This document shows, piece by piece, positions 19,503 to 28,883 of a stretch of DNA of 64,000 nt. Below the pieces are notes generated by a model that worked only from the letters and a program-made list of their open reading frames with translations, had not been told where the DNA came from and ran no database searches. The DNA comes from Spirochaetaceae bacterium (GTDB lineage: Bacteria; Spirochaetota; Spirochaetia; DSM-2461). The position numbers and the translations under genes are program-made. Numbering within the stretch: the stretch's first letter is position 1; every line of letters starts with the position of its first letter. Location: NCBI GenBank assembly GCA_051531975.1, contig JAOPTT010000013.1, positions 128,001-192,000 on the forward strand. The letters are read 5' to 3'.

Positions 19503-19531
19503 ATATTAACTAAAAAATAACCGGTAGTCAA
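19503..19531 (-). promoter_or_regulatory. Sigma-70-like promoter of carD (leaderless candidate)
   Basis: TTGACT-17 nt-TAATAT, 7 nt before the ATG; no SD. Confidence 0.55.
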
Positions 19532-19553
19532 ACAAACGTCATGGTATTATACT
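19525..19553 (+). promoter_or_regulatory. Sigma-70-like promoter of the 19561 gene (leaderless candidate)
   Basis: TAGTCA-17 nt-TATACT, 7 nt before the ATG; no SD. Confidence 0.5.
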
Positions 19554-19560
19554 TCACTTT

Positions 19561-20004
19561 ATGAAGAAATATATATTTTTAGCAATACTGTCCATATTCT
19601 TTCTGTCTTGTTCGGAGAATCAGACAGAACCTATTTATGATTATTATAAAAATATTCCTGTTTTAAGGGGGTGGACAAACGATATTTACAAGGTTAATTA
19701 TATGATAGAAGTTGTTTTAGTTTATCGAGAAGGGAATAATGACCTTCAAACTAAAATAAATCTATTAAAACCAACATTCATTGATGCATTACGAGCTTAT
19801 TATTCTTCTTTAAAAGAGATCGATTTTGTTATTGAGAATCAATTAACAATTAAAAGCACTTCAGTAAAACTTTTAAATGAACTGATTTTAGATTCTATGA
19901 TACCTAAGAAAGCTGATATATTACGAAAAATTGACGATCCTTTAGAAAAAGATCTTATTTTAGATGTGAACATAATGCAGTTACAACTTTTTCCTATGGA
20001 TTAG
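19561..20004 (+). CDS. Lipoprotein, possibly FliL-like
   Basis: Lipobox FLSC; 'FIDALRAYYSS...LNELI' weakly resembles the FliL C-terminal domain. Confidence 0.45.
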   Translation: MKKYIFLAILSIFFLSCSENQTEPIYDYYKNIPVLRGWTNDIYKVNYMIEVVLVYREGNNDLQTKINLLKPTFIDALRAYYSSLKEIDFVIENQLTIKSTSVKLLNELILDSMIPKKADILRKIDDPLEKDLILDVNIMQLQLFPMD

Positions 20005-20007
20005 TTC

Positions 20008-21561
20008 TTATATTAAGCCAGGAATTACATGTTTATTAGAAACTTTTAAGTATTTATATGGGTGAAGATCTAAAATATTAGGGTGCCAGTTCTCTATATA
20101 TCTTGTATCTATAACATTTATTCCTGGTGAGTGACTGATTGGTAATACTATTGTGTCATTTAATAATATAGCTTCTGCTTTAGATAATTCTATGTATCTT
20201 TTGTCTTGAGTTAGATTCGAAGAGTTTTCAACTAAATTATCATATTCCATATTTGAATAATTACTATCGTTTAATTTGCTATTACTAGTCCACATTTCTA
20301 AAAATGTTAATGGATCAGCAAAATCTCCAATCCATGATAAAGTTGATAGTGTAAAAACTTCTGTTCTGTTGATTGTAAAAAAATCGGGATAAGGGGTTTC
20401 ATTAATTATTACTTTAATAAGACTGTTTTTTTCAACATGTTCTTTAACTAACTCTGAAATATTTTTATCATTATATGTATTTTGTGGTATAGAAATAATT
20501 AAATCAGATATACCTTTTCCATCTTTATATCCACTTTCTTCTAAGATTTTAAGAGCTTCTTCTATGTTTTGTTCATCTTTTGTAAAGTTTTTTGGAAAAT
20601 TTGATAGATTTGGTATTAAAGAATTTGCGGGGATATATTGCTTTTCTCTAATTTTATTCCACGGTATTAAAAGTGAAATCGCTTTTCGTATTTTTGGATC
20701 TTTGTACTCTTTATAATTAGGGTTAAAGTAGTAGTAGGTTGTTGCAAAAAGCGGATTTACCTTTAAAGTTTCTATATCTGCTATCTTATTAAGATTTATC
20801 GCACCTTCGGTTAACCAATCAATTTTCCCTGCATTATAGTCAGATGTTGCTTTTTCACTCTCATTATATAGTTTTAAGTTTATTCTATCAAAATAAACAT
20901 TTTCATAATCCCAATATTCTCTGTTCTTGGTTAATATTATTGAATCTCTGTTTTTTGATATATTATATGGTCCCGTTGTTATTGTCTCTTCTATGCTCCA
21001 GCTTTTACTTTCTAAAAGCGATGGGTGTATAGGGGTGAAACTATGATGACAAAGTATCTTAGTAAAGTATGGGGCTCTCTTTTTTAATGTAAATATCAGT
21101 TTTTTATCACCATCAGTTTTAATACCAACTTTCTCCACATCGGTTATTAGCCCAGTTCTATATTCTCTTGCGTTTTCTATTAAATCTAGAAGGGATGCAA
21201 ACTCCGCTTGTGTTGTTGGAGATAAAGATTTTAAAAGACTATTTCTATATATTTTAGAAGTTATTTTGTCGCCATTACTAAACTTTATATTATCTTTTAA
21301 AATAAAAGTATAAGTTTTTTTGTCTTCTGAAAGTGTCCAGGACTCTGCTAACGCTGATGTTGGTGATAAATCACTAGGACTATAAGAGACTAAACCCTCG
21401 TAAATCCCAGATAAATATTGGGCTTCGATTGCTGTATATGTATAAAATGGATTAAGTGTAAGTTCAAGAGATGATACTGCGATATTAAATTCATTACTCT
21501 GGGATGTTAAAGAAAAAATGCTTAATAAAGATAATATACATATGATTATTAGTTTATTCAT
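20008..21561 (-). CDS. oppA: Peptide ABC transporter substrate-binding protein (OppA family), orphan
   Basis: YEGLV...LAESWTLSEDKKTYTFILK...KFSNGD, TGPY, WIGDFADPLTFL; signal peptide from ATG 21561. Confidence 0.9.
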   Translation of the reverse strand: MNKLIIICILSLLSIFSLTSQSNEFNIAVSSLELTLNPFYTYTAIEAQYLSGIYEGLVSYSPSDLSPTSALAESWTLSEDKKTYTFILKDNIKFSNGDKITSKIYRNSLLKSLSPTTQAEFASLLDLIENAREYRTGLITDVEKVGIKTDGDKKLIFTLKKRAPYFTKILCHHSFTPIHPSLLESKSWSIEETITTGPYNISKNRDSIILTKNREYWDYENVYFDRINLKLYNESEKATSDYNAGKIDWLTEGAINLNKIADIETLKVNPLFATTYYYFNPNYKEYKDPKIRKAISLLIPWNKIREKQYIPANSLIPNLSNFPKNFTKDEQNIEEALKILEESGYKDGKGISDLIISIPQNTYNDKNISELVKEHVEKNSLIKVIINETPYPDFFTINRTEVFTLSTLSWIGDFADPLTFLEMWTSNSKLNDSNYSNMEYDNLVENSSNLTQDKRYIELSKAEAILLNDTIVLPISHSPGINVIDTRYIENWHPNILDLHPYKYLKVSNKHVIPGLI

Positions 21562-21568
21562 AACTAAA

Positions 21569-21597
21569 ATCATATAGTGAAGATGGTGCTTTATCAA
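21569..21597 (-). promoter_or_regulatory. Sigma-70-like promoter of oppA (leaderless candidate)
   Basis: TTGATA-17 nt-TATGAT, 7 nt before ATG 21561; no SD. Confidence 0.6.
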
Positions 21598-22511
21598 TAA
21601 GAGTGATTGAAGATATTCTTTTCGCAACTAATTTGGAACGATGCTTCAATAGATAATTGGTCTAATTCTTCTATTTTTTTAGGTGATATTTTGAAATCCT
21701 TTAGCTTTGTCAGCTCTTCTATTTGATATCTATTTCTGCAACCAACAATTATTGTATCTATATAATTCTGTGATAATGTCCATTCCAAAATTAGAGTGCT
21801 TAGTTCTGTGCTTTTATCTGTAAAAAGTTTTAATTTATCAATATATTGATATACTATTTCAATGTTTTGTGGCGAGAATAGTGACATTTTATATCGTAGA
21901 TCCTTTTTAATATATGGATTTTCTTTTGTAAATTTCCCGGTTAAAAGACCTTGAGCTAGGGGAGAATATATTTGTGTTACAATTTGATTTTTTTTACAAT
22001 ATGTTAAATATTCAATATCCTCTCTCCAAAAGAAATTAAATCCATTTTGTACAACATCGATAGTTCCCGCTTGTTGGGCTACAACTAATTCTGTCTGATT
22101 AAAGTTACTAAGACCTATATTTTTAATTATTCCTAAAGACCTATAATTTTCTAATAACTCTATTATTGGTCTAGAGTCATCTTTAGTTGAAGGCCAATGA
22201 ATGAAGAAATTATCTATATAGTCGCAATTTAATCTTTTTAGGGATTGTTCTATACTTTTTTTAACACTTGCCACTGGTTTTATAAAACATTTTGTCGATA
22301 TTTTAATATTTTCTCTATGTTTAGATAGTTGTTGACCTAATAATTGCTCACTTTTGCCTTTGCCGTAAACTGGGGCAGTATCGTATAAAGTGTAACCCTC
22401 TCTTAACGCAGCATGAATCATTTTTAAAGAATCACTGTGATTTTGCTGTCCCCAATAACCGGCTCCAAGTGCCCATGTTCCAATTCCTATAGAAGTATTA
22501 TTTAGTATCAT
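21594..22511 (-). CDS. Aldo/keto reductase
   Basis: IGIGTW, DTAPVYG, STK, SLKRL...IHWP, IGLSNF, YSPLAQGLLTGK. Confidence 0.93.
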   Translation of the reverse strand: MILNNTSIGIGTWALGAGYWGQQNHSDSLKMIHAALREGYTLYDTAPVYGKGKSEQLLGQQLSKHRENIKISTKCFIKPVASVKKSIEQSLKRLNCDYIDNFFIHWPSTKDDSRPIIELLENYRSLGIIKNIGLSNFNQTELVVAQQAGTIDVVQNGFNFFWREDIEYLTYCKKNQIVTQIYSPLAQGLLTGKFTKENPYIKKDLRYKMSLFSPQNIEIVYQYIDKLKLFTDKSTELSTLILEWTLSQNYIDTIIVGCRNRYQIEELTKLKDFKISPKKIEELDQLSIEASFQISCEKNIFNHSY

Positions 22512-22624
22512 ATAGCTTAGATAAGACCTAATATTTTTATTTGTCAAGAAATAATTTAATTATTTTGCATTTTTTGCCTCTGACACTCTTGAAATAAATG
22601 TCAAAAATAAAAAGAATGTGATCT

Positions 22625-23356
22625 ATGAAAAATAAACAGTTAGTCATAATTATTAATTTAGTAGCAATTTCAATGTTAATGCTTGGTTGCAAAACAGATC
22701 ATGCAAAGAAAAAAGATGTTGAGTATCTTTTCTGGAATGCCTCTTTAAAAACAGAAAACAGCTTTATTAAAGAAGCTGTAAAAGAATTAAACGATGTAAA
22801 AGGTGAATCCTTAGTTATTGATAGATATAATTCACCGCAAACTAGAGATGAAGTTATTAACTTTTTTACAAAATATACTGGTGATAAAAATATTTCAGAG
22901 ATTATTCTAAAATATTCTATAAAATATGATGTGCCTCCAACTCTCTCTTTTGCATTAGCGAATACAGAAAGTAATTTTAATCCTAACGCAATAAATAGAA
23001 ATAGGGCATCAATTGATAGAGGGATTTTCCAATTAAACTCAAATAGCTTTCCGGAATTAAGTATTAATCAGTTTTTTAACGTTGATACGAATTCTGCAAA
23101 AGGGATCAAATTTATTAAATGGTGCCTTGATACAGGAAAAAATGAAGTTTCTGCTTTAGCTATGTATAATGCTGGATCTGGAAGGGTATCAGGTAGGGGA
23201 ACACCAAAAATGACGCTTGACTACATTTCTAAGGTTCTTGCCTATCGAACACAGGTGTTGAGTGAATTTAATTTAGAAATGAGCTCTTTTGCCCGAATAA
23301 ACCCGCAAAGTGTTAAGTTGGTTAAAGATGTGAGTTTACCACTAGATAGACCTTAA
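22625..23356 (+). CDS. Lytic transglycosylase (SLT domain) lipoprotein
   Basis: Lipobox MLGC; ES motif (TESNFNPNA), GIFQL, AMYNAG. Confidence 0.9.
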   Translation: MKNKQLVIIINLVAISMLMLGCKTDHAKKKDVEYLFWNASLKTENSFIKEAVKELNDVKGESLVIDRYNSPQTRDEVINFFTKYTGDKNISEIILKYSIKYDVPPTLSFALANTESNFNPNAINRNRASIDRGIFQLNSNSFPELSINQFFNVDTNSAKGIKFIKWCLDTGKNEVSALAMYNAGSGRVSGRGTPKMTLDYISKVLAYRTQVLSEFNLEMSSFARINPQSVKLVKDVSLPLDRP

Positions 23357-23377
23357 TTTTTTTAATACTATGGTTTT

Positions 23378-25264
23378 ATGATTATAGTATTGAAAAGAAA
23401 CATAAATAGTAAAGATAAAGATGGGATTGTAAATTTCCTTCAGAAGAACAGTTTTAGAGTTAAAGAGATTGTTGGAGAAGAAGAGTCAATTTTAGGTGCT
23501 GTTGGTCATAGTGGCATTGATCCTAGAGAGTTAGAACTTATGGCTGGTGTTGCTAAAGTCATTCCTATAACAAAACCATACAAATTAGCCTCTAGGGAAT
23601 TTAAAAAGAGTGATACTGTTTTTAATATTGGCCCTGTGGTTGTTGGTGGTAATAGAATCTTTACTATTGCTGGACCTTGTGCTGTTGAATCTAGAGAACA
23701 AATAATCGAATCTGCCCATGCAGTAAAAAATGCTGGTGCTGTAATGCTCAGAGGTGGAGCCTTTAAGCCTAGAACTTCTCCATATTCATTTCAGGGGTTA
23801 CAAGAAAAAGGTTGTCAGTATTTAAAAGAGGCAAGTGAAATAACTGGTCTTCCTGTAGTTACAGAAATCGTAGCTCCAGGTGATGCTCTAATGATGAAAG
23901 ATTATGTTGATGTTTTTCAGGTTGGTGCAAGAAATATGCAAAACTTTGAACTGCTTAAAACTGTTGGTAAAATAGGTAAACCTGTAATATTAAAAAGAGG
24001 AATGTCTGCAACTATAGAAGAGTGGTTAATGGCAGCCGAATATATAATGTCTGAAGGCAACGACGAAATAATTTTATGTGAAAGAGGAATTAGAACTTAT
24101 GAGAATTTCACAAGAAACACTCTTGACCTTTCCGCTGTTCCAATAATTCAACAACTTTCACATCTACCTATAATTGTTGACCCATCCCATGCCACAGGGC
24201 TTAGAGATAAAGTTGCCCCTATGGCCCTTGCTGCAATCGCTGCAGGAGCAAATGGATTAATTGTAGAAGTACATCCTAATCCTGAAGTCGCGCTCTCTGA
24301 TGGCCCACAGTCTCTTTATCCAGAGCAATTTGATAAACTTATGTGTGATATAAAAGAATTAGCCCCAGTAATGAATAAGGAAGTTGCTATCTTTCCAAGA
24401 AGTTATACTCCTTTGGAGGTTGTTACAAAATCTGATTCCCATATCGAAGCGGCATTTCAGGGAGTTTCTGGTGCATATAGTGAAATGGCCGTATATGAAT
24501 ATTATGGAAAGGAAGTTGGCTTTCCTGTACCTAAAAAGAGTTTTAAAGATGTTTTTGACTCTGTTTTAGATGGCAGTGTAAGCTCAGGATTAATTCCACT
24601 AGAAAACTCTTTAGCAGGTTCAATAAACGAAAACTATGATCTTCTTAAAAGTTACCCTGATCTATTTATTACAGGTGAAGTTAAAGTAAGAATATCACAT
24701 TCGATAATTGGAACAAAGAATGCAGAATTATCTGATATTAAAGAAGTTTATTCACACCCTCAAGGGCTTGCACAATGCAGTGCATTTATAGAGAAACATG
24801 GTCTTAAGCCAGTTTCTCATTATGATACAGCAGGAGCAGTAAAAGATATCTCAGAAAAAGCAGATAAAAGTAAAGCTGCAATAGCTAGTACACTGTCGGC
24901 AGAAATTTATGGAATGAAGATTCTTCAGGAGGCTATAGAGACACATCCTGGAAACTATACCCGTTTTGCTGTAATCCAAAAAAAAGAGAAAGAACAAAAT
25001 AAAGAGTGGGATAAGGCATCAATGGTATTTACAATAAATGATGAGCAAGGAGCATTGGCAAAATATTTAGCTATTTTTAATAAGTATAAATTAAATATGA
25101 CAAAAATTGAGTCCAGACCTGTTCATGGAAAACCTTGGAGTTATTCATTTTATGTAGACGTTACTGTTGAAGGAAATAAAGAGAACTTTCCTAAGATAGA
25201 AGATGAATTAGCTAATCAGGCCGATGACTTTAGGTTGTTAGGTTTATATCAGGCTTGTAAGTAG
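23378..25264 (+). CDS. aroF-pheA: Fused type I-beta DAHP synthase and prephenate dehydratase (with ACT domains)
   Basis: IAGPCAVES, RGGAFKPRTSPYSFQG, DPSH (DAHPS); FQGVSGAYSE, PLENS, SHPQGLAQC, NYTRF, TKIESRP (PDT-ACT). Confidence 0.93.
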   Translation: MIIVLKRNINSKDKDGIVNFLQKNSFRVKEIVGEEESILGAVGHSGIDPRELELMAGVAKVIPITKPYKLASREFKKSDTVFNIGPVVVGGNRIFTIAGPCAVESREQIIESAHAVKNAGAVMLRGGAFKPRTSPYSFQGLQEKGCQYLKEASEITGLPVVTEIVAPGDALMMKDYVDVFQVGARNMQNFELLKTVGKIGKPVILKRGMSATIEEWLMAAEYIMSEGNDEIILCERGIRTYENFTRNTLDLSAVPIIQQLSHLPIIVDPSHATGLRDKVAPMALAAIAAGANGLIVEVHPNPEVALSDGPQSLYPEQFDKLMCDIKELAPVMNKEVAIFPRSYTPLEVVTKSDSHIEAAFQGVSGAYSEMAVYEYYGKEVGFPVPKKSFKDVFDSVLDGSVSSGLIPLENSLAGSINENYDLLKSYPDLFITGEVKVRISHSIIGTKNAELSDIKEVYSHPQGLAQCSAFIEKHGLKPVSHYDTAGAVKDISEKADKSKAAIASTLSAEIYGMKILQEAIETHPGNYTRFAVIQKKEKEQNKEWDKASMVFTINDEQGALAKYLAIFNKYKLNMTKIESRPVHGKPWSYSFYVDVTVEGNKENFPKIEDELANQADDFRLLGLYQACK

Positions 25265-26654
25265 ATTTATCACTTTTTTTATCACTCTTTTGTTTCGTAT
25301 ACTCAAAATAATATGATTGAGATTTATCAATAGCAGATAGAATTACTTTTAATTCTATCTGTATACCTTTTGATACATATAAACTATCTTTAAAAAACTC
25401 ATCTAATGCAGATAAAATTTTATATGCATATCTACACTTAGAAATAAGTTTGTGAATAAAAGCTTGTATATCTTCTTCCTCTTTTGTTAATAATTCGACT
25501 AACTTTACGCTCTCTATGTTTTTATAATTTTCTAATCTTTTATATAATGTTGCTATTGATGCGATAAATTTTTCAAATTCTAGATCCTTATGTTTTGAAT
25601 CTGCATCTGAATTTGAACTAATTTCAATATCATATATTGTATTTCTTTTATTTGATGATAAAGTATATTTAATGTAATCAATTATTTTTTCTATTATGTT
25701 AAATTTTTCTTCTCTATAGAGTTGGCTATTTTCATTTTCTTTGCTTGTAACTGAGTTGAGTTGAGTTGCAATTTTAGATAGTTCTGTTATTGAGTTTGTT
25801 AATAGATCTTTAGTTGAAATTTTAGTTTCTTCTTTTTTCTTTCGCTTCCTAATTGATGGAGTCCCATCTTCTAGTTTTTCAAGAATTTTATTCCGAATGG
25901 AATCTCCTGAACTAGTAAAATCTTCTTTTAAAACCTCTCCTATTAACTCAATGTATAAAGGTTTACGCATCTCTCTTATTTTTTCAGTTATTTTATCATG
26001 TGCTTTTTTAATATTTTGTCCTTCAAGGACTATAGGGAGTTTTAACAAATTCAAAATATCATGACGGATCCAGAATTTATATTTTTCAGCCTTATATAAT
26101 TTAATATGATCCAGCTCTTTTATAAAATCTTTTGAATATTTAAATAGATCTTTAGTCGCAGATTTAAGAGTCTCAATTGCAAATTTTTGGTCAGTGTCTT
26201 TTTGATAATTAAATAACACTTTATTTAAAGCTTCTGTATTAATTTCTATTGGTTGTGGGTCAAATACTCTATCCCAATCCATAAACTTAACTATTTCAGT
26301 CATTCTATTTATTTTATTTAATGTTAAACTTTTTAATTCTAGTATATTTTCACCAATAATATGATTTAGTAATGCTTTGAAATGACTTAACCTAATCGCT
26401 ATTATATAGTTTTCTTCATTGTATTCAGGAGGTGTTTTATCTGGAAGATCCAGTTTTGTATGATCATGTTCTTCTCCATATGGGTCTTCAGTAATAATTT
26501 TATTATCACATAGAGTCATATATAATAATCTAAATGTCCCATTAAAATTATTAAACTGGTCATTTACACTTTTTATAACCTTTTTGTTTAAATAATCTCT
26601 ATTTCCTTCTAAAACATCTTTATACTGTTCTAATTCCTCTTCTGAATATTTCAT
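25230..26654 (-). CDS. Hypothetical helical cytoplasmic protein
   Basis: Long ORF with no recognisable motif; likely start ATG 26654 after TATACT. Confidence 0.6.
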   Translation of the reverse strand: MKYSEEELEQYKDVLEGNRDYLNKKVIKSVNDQFNNFNGTFRLLYMTLCDNKIITEDPYGEEHDHTKLDLPDKTPPEYNEENYIIAIRLSHFKALLNHIIGENILELKSLTLNKINRMTEIVKFMDWDRVFDPQPIEINTEALNKVLFNYQKDTDQKFAIETLKSATKDLFKYSKDFIKELDHIKLYKAEKYKFWIRHDILNLLKLPIVLEGQNIKKAHDKITEKIREMRKPLYIELIGEVLKEDFTSSGDSIRNKILEKLEDGTPSIRKRKKKEETKISTKDLLTNSITELSKIATQLNSVTSKENENSQLYREEKFNIIEKIIDYIKYTLSSNKRNTIYDIEISSNSDADSKHKDLEFEKFIASIATLYKRLENYKNIESVKLVELLTKEEEDIQAFIHKLISKCRYAYKILSALDEFFKDSLYVSKGIQIELKVILSAIDKSQSYYFEYTKQKSDKKSDKSTYKPDINLTT

Positions 26655-26721
26655 GTTTTTTAGTATAATTAAGAATTCCATTTAATGATAGAATAAAAAA
26701 AAATTGGTTATATATTATATT

Positions 26722-27360
26722 ATGAAGTCTTTATCAATTTTTCTGTTTCTGTTAACTAGTTGTAGCTATTATAACCAAGAAGTATCTGTTTCTGTTGGTG
26801 GATTATCTCCTGGTGTTTTATCAATTTCAACTATTGGTTCTTCTGAAACAGTAATTATAACTGATCAAAAAATCTGCCAGTTTACAATATCCAAGGGAGA
26901 AGTTTATTTTGTAGAATTACAACCTCTTTTTTATACTTTAAATAGTAGATTCTCTTATGGTGCAATTGTTAGTTCAGAAGATACAGATGTCACTATTTCA
27001 TCAAAACTTGGAGTTTTATCTCAGGTTGGTACATGGATATATAATGAAGGGTATAGTATTGAAATAGAGAATATATATGAATTAAAAGAAAAGTTAAATA
27101 GTGTTATTGACCCATGGATTTATAATGTATTGGATATAAAGTATTACCTTTTAGGTGATATTACCATTGGTTCTATCTCAAAAAAAAGAAAATATGTTAT
27201 ACCGGAACTTGATTTGTATAAAGATTGGGAACCAGAAAATTCTCTATTTTATACATGGTATGAATCGGTCCAGTGTTTCTATAATAGTACAAACAATCAA
27301 TTTTATAGAGTTGAGATTTATGAAGATGGAAGTTTTTGTGGGTTTGATGAGGTTAAATAA
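26722..27360 (+). CDS. Hypothetical lipoprotein
   Basis: MKSLSIFLFLLTSC lipobox. Confidence 0.6.
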   Translation: MKSLSIFLFLLTSCSYYNQEVSVSVGGLSPGVLSISTIGSSETVIITDQKICQFTISKGEVYFVELQPLFYTLNSRFSYGAIVSSEDTDVTISSKLGVLSQVGTWIYNEGYSIEIENIYELKEKLNSVIDPWIYNVLDIKYYLLGDITIGSISKKRKYVIPELDLYKDWEPENSLFYTWYESVQCFYNSTNNQFYRVEIYEDGSFCGFDEVK

Positions 27361-27386
27361 TTTCAAATCAAGTCGATACTTATAAT

Positions 27387-28883
27387 ATGTTAGATTTAAA
27401 AGGTAGTTATACTCCTTATTTTCGAGAACTCGATGATTCTCAAATAAAAGAAATAGAAAAGATATCAACAACATATCAATGTCAAAGTGGGGATATTATT
27501 TATCTACAAGGTGAATATTGTCAGAACTGGGTTATTATAAATAGTGGAAATTTTATGACCAGAGAGACTGTGGATGGAGTTGTTATAGAAGAGAAGATAT
27601 TGCTTGAAGGTCAAAGTTTCGATTTTGAATCAACTATAAAAAACTCCATTACTTCAAGGTCATTAGAAGCTCTTGGGGATAGTTCCATAGTCGTGATTAG
27701 CACTTTAGGGCTAAAAAAAATATCGAAAAAAAATCCTATTATTAGTTCGCTAATTAAAAGTAGTTTAGGAGAGTACAAATCTATATGGGAAAACTATATA
27801 TCAAAGTCTAAAAGTCGTATTGAATCAGTTAGTTATAGAATAAAAAAAAGTTTATTGTCAGTTCTTATTAGTTCAATTCCTCTATTATTAATGTTTTCAC
27901 TAATAGACTTCGTTATATTTATGGTTTTTCTTAATGGTTTAAATTTTGTTTTTTTTGTTTCACTAATAATAATAGGAGTTTTTATTTTTTTAATTACTCT
28001 TGTGAATAGTAGATTAACTTTTATTGAACTTAATAGAGAACAGATTGTAAAAAGAGAATTTTCAGTAAAAAAAATAAGTTCTCAATATGATTCAATTCCT
28101 ATAGAGAAAATACAAAGTACTTCTGTATTATATAATAATAGGTTTTTTAGGTTATTTAGAATTGGAGAGGTTGTTATAGAATCACCTACAAATAAGATAT
28201 CTATTGATGGAGTATTCAGACCCGAATCTGTAATTTCTGATATTTCTGATTATACTAAATTTACAGTCTTTATAGATAAGGCGATTGAATTGGCTTCTTT
28301 TAAGCTACTATTTAGCAAAGATAAAGGCCTCTTCTACATAGAAAGTAATTTAGAAAGAGATGAAAATTCAATATTTACATTTAGAAAAAGTATTGTTTAT
28401 CTTTTGGCTAGGTCTCTACCCCCATTTTTAATATTTCTTTTTTCTTCAATTGGATTATATGTTCTTTTCCAGGAACCTAGAATCTTTTATATTAATATTC
28501 CGACGTTAATCTTGTTATTATGGAATTATAGAGATTGGGGTAATGATAAATACTCTTTTGAAGGAGATAAGATCATTGATATTGAGAAAAAACCTCTATG
28601 GGGTAAAGAGATAAGAATAGAGGCTGATATAACATCTGTAATGAGCATAAAAAAGGAACAAAAGCACTTTCTACAACTGCTGTTTAATTATGGAGATATA
28701 GAAGTTGATACATTTGGTGGGAAAATAGTTTACCCATCCATTTATAATCCCGATAAAGTAATAGATAATCTGTATGTTGTAAAAAAATACTTTTACTCTA
28801 AAAAAGAAAATAGAGAAAAAATACAACGGCAGGAAGAATTTATAAATTTCACAAAATATTACCAGGAGTTAACAAAAGAATGA
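27387..28883 (+). CDS. Membrane protein with N-terminal cNMP-like domain and two bacterial PH (bPH_2-like) domains
   Basis: PYFREL...GDIIYLQGE...IINSG (cNMP fold); two TM pairs, each followed by PH-like segments (IEKIQS...LFRIGEVVIES; LFNYGDIEVDT). Confidence 0.7.
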   Translation: MLDLKGSYTPYFRELDDSQIKEIEKISTTYQCQSGDIIYLQGEYCQNWVIINSGNFMTRETVDGVVIEEKILLEGQSFDFESTIKNSITSRSLEALGDSSIVVISTLGLKKISKKNPIISSLIKSSLGEYKSIWENYISKSKSRIESVSYRIKKSLLSVLISSIPLLLMFSLIDFVIFMVFLNGLNFVFFVSLIIIGVFIFLITLVNSRLTFIELNREQIVKREFSVKKISSQYDSIPIEKIQSTSVLYNNRFFRLFRIGEVVIESPTNKISIDGVFRPESVISDISDYTKFTVFIDKAIELASFKLLFSKDKGLFYIESNLERDENSIFTFRKSIVYLLARSLPPFLIFLFSSIGLYVLFQEPRIFYINIPTLILLLWNYRDWGNDKYSFEGDKIIDIEKKPLWGKEIRIEADITSVMSIKKEQKHFLQLLFNYGDIEVDTFGGKIVYPSIYNPDKVIDNLYVVKKYFYSKKENREKIQRQEEFINFTKYYQELTKE

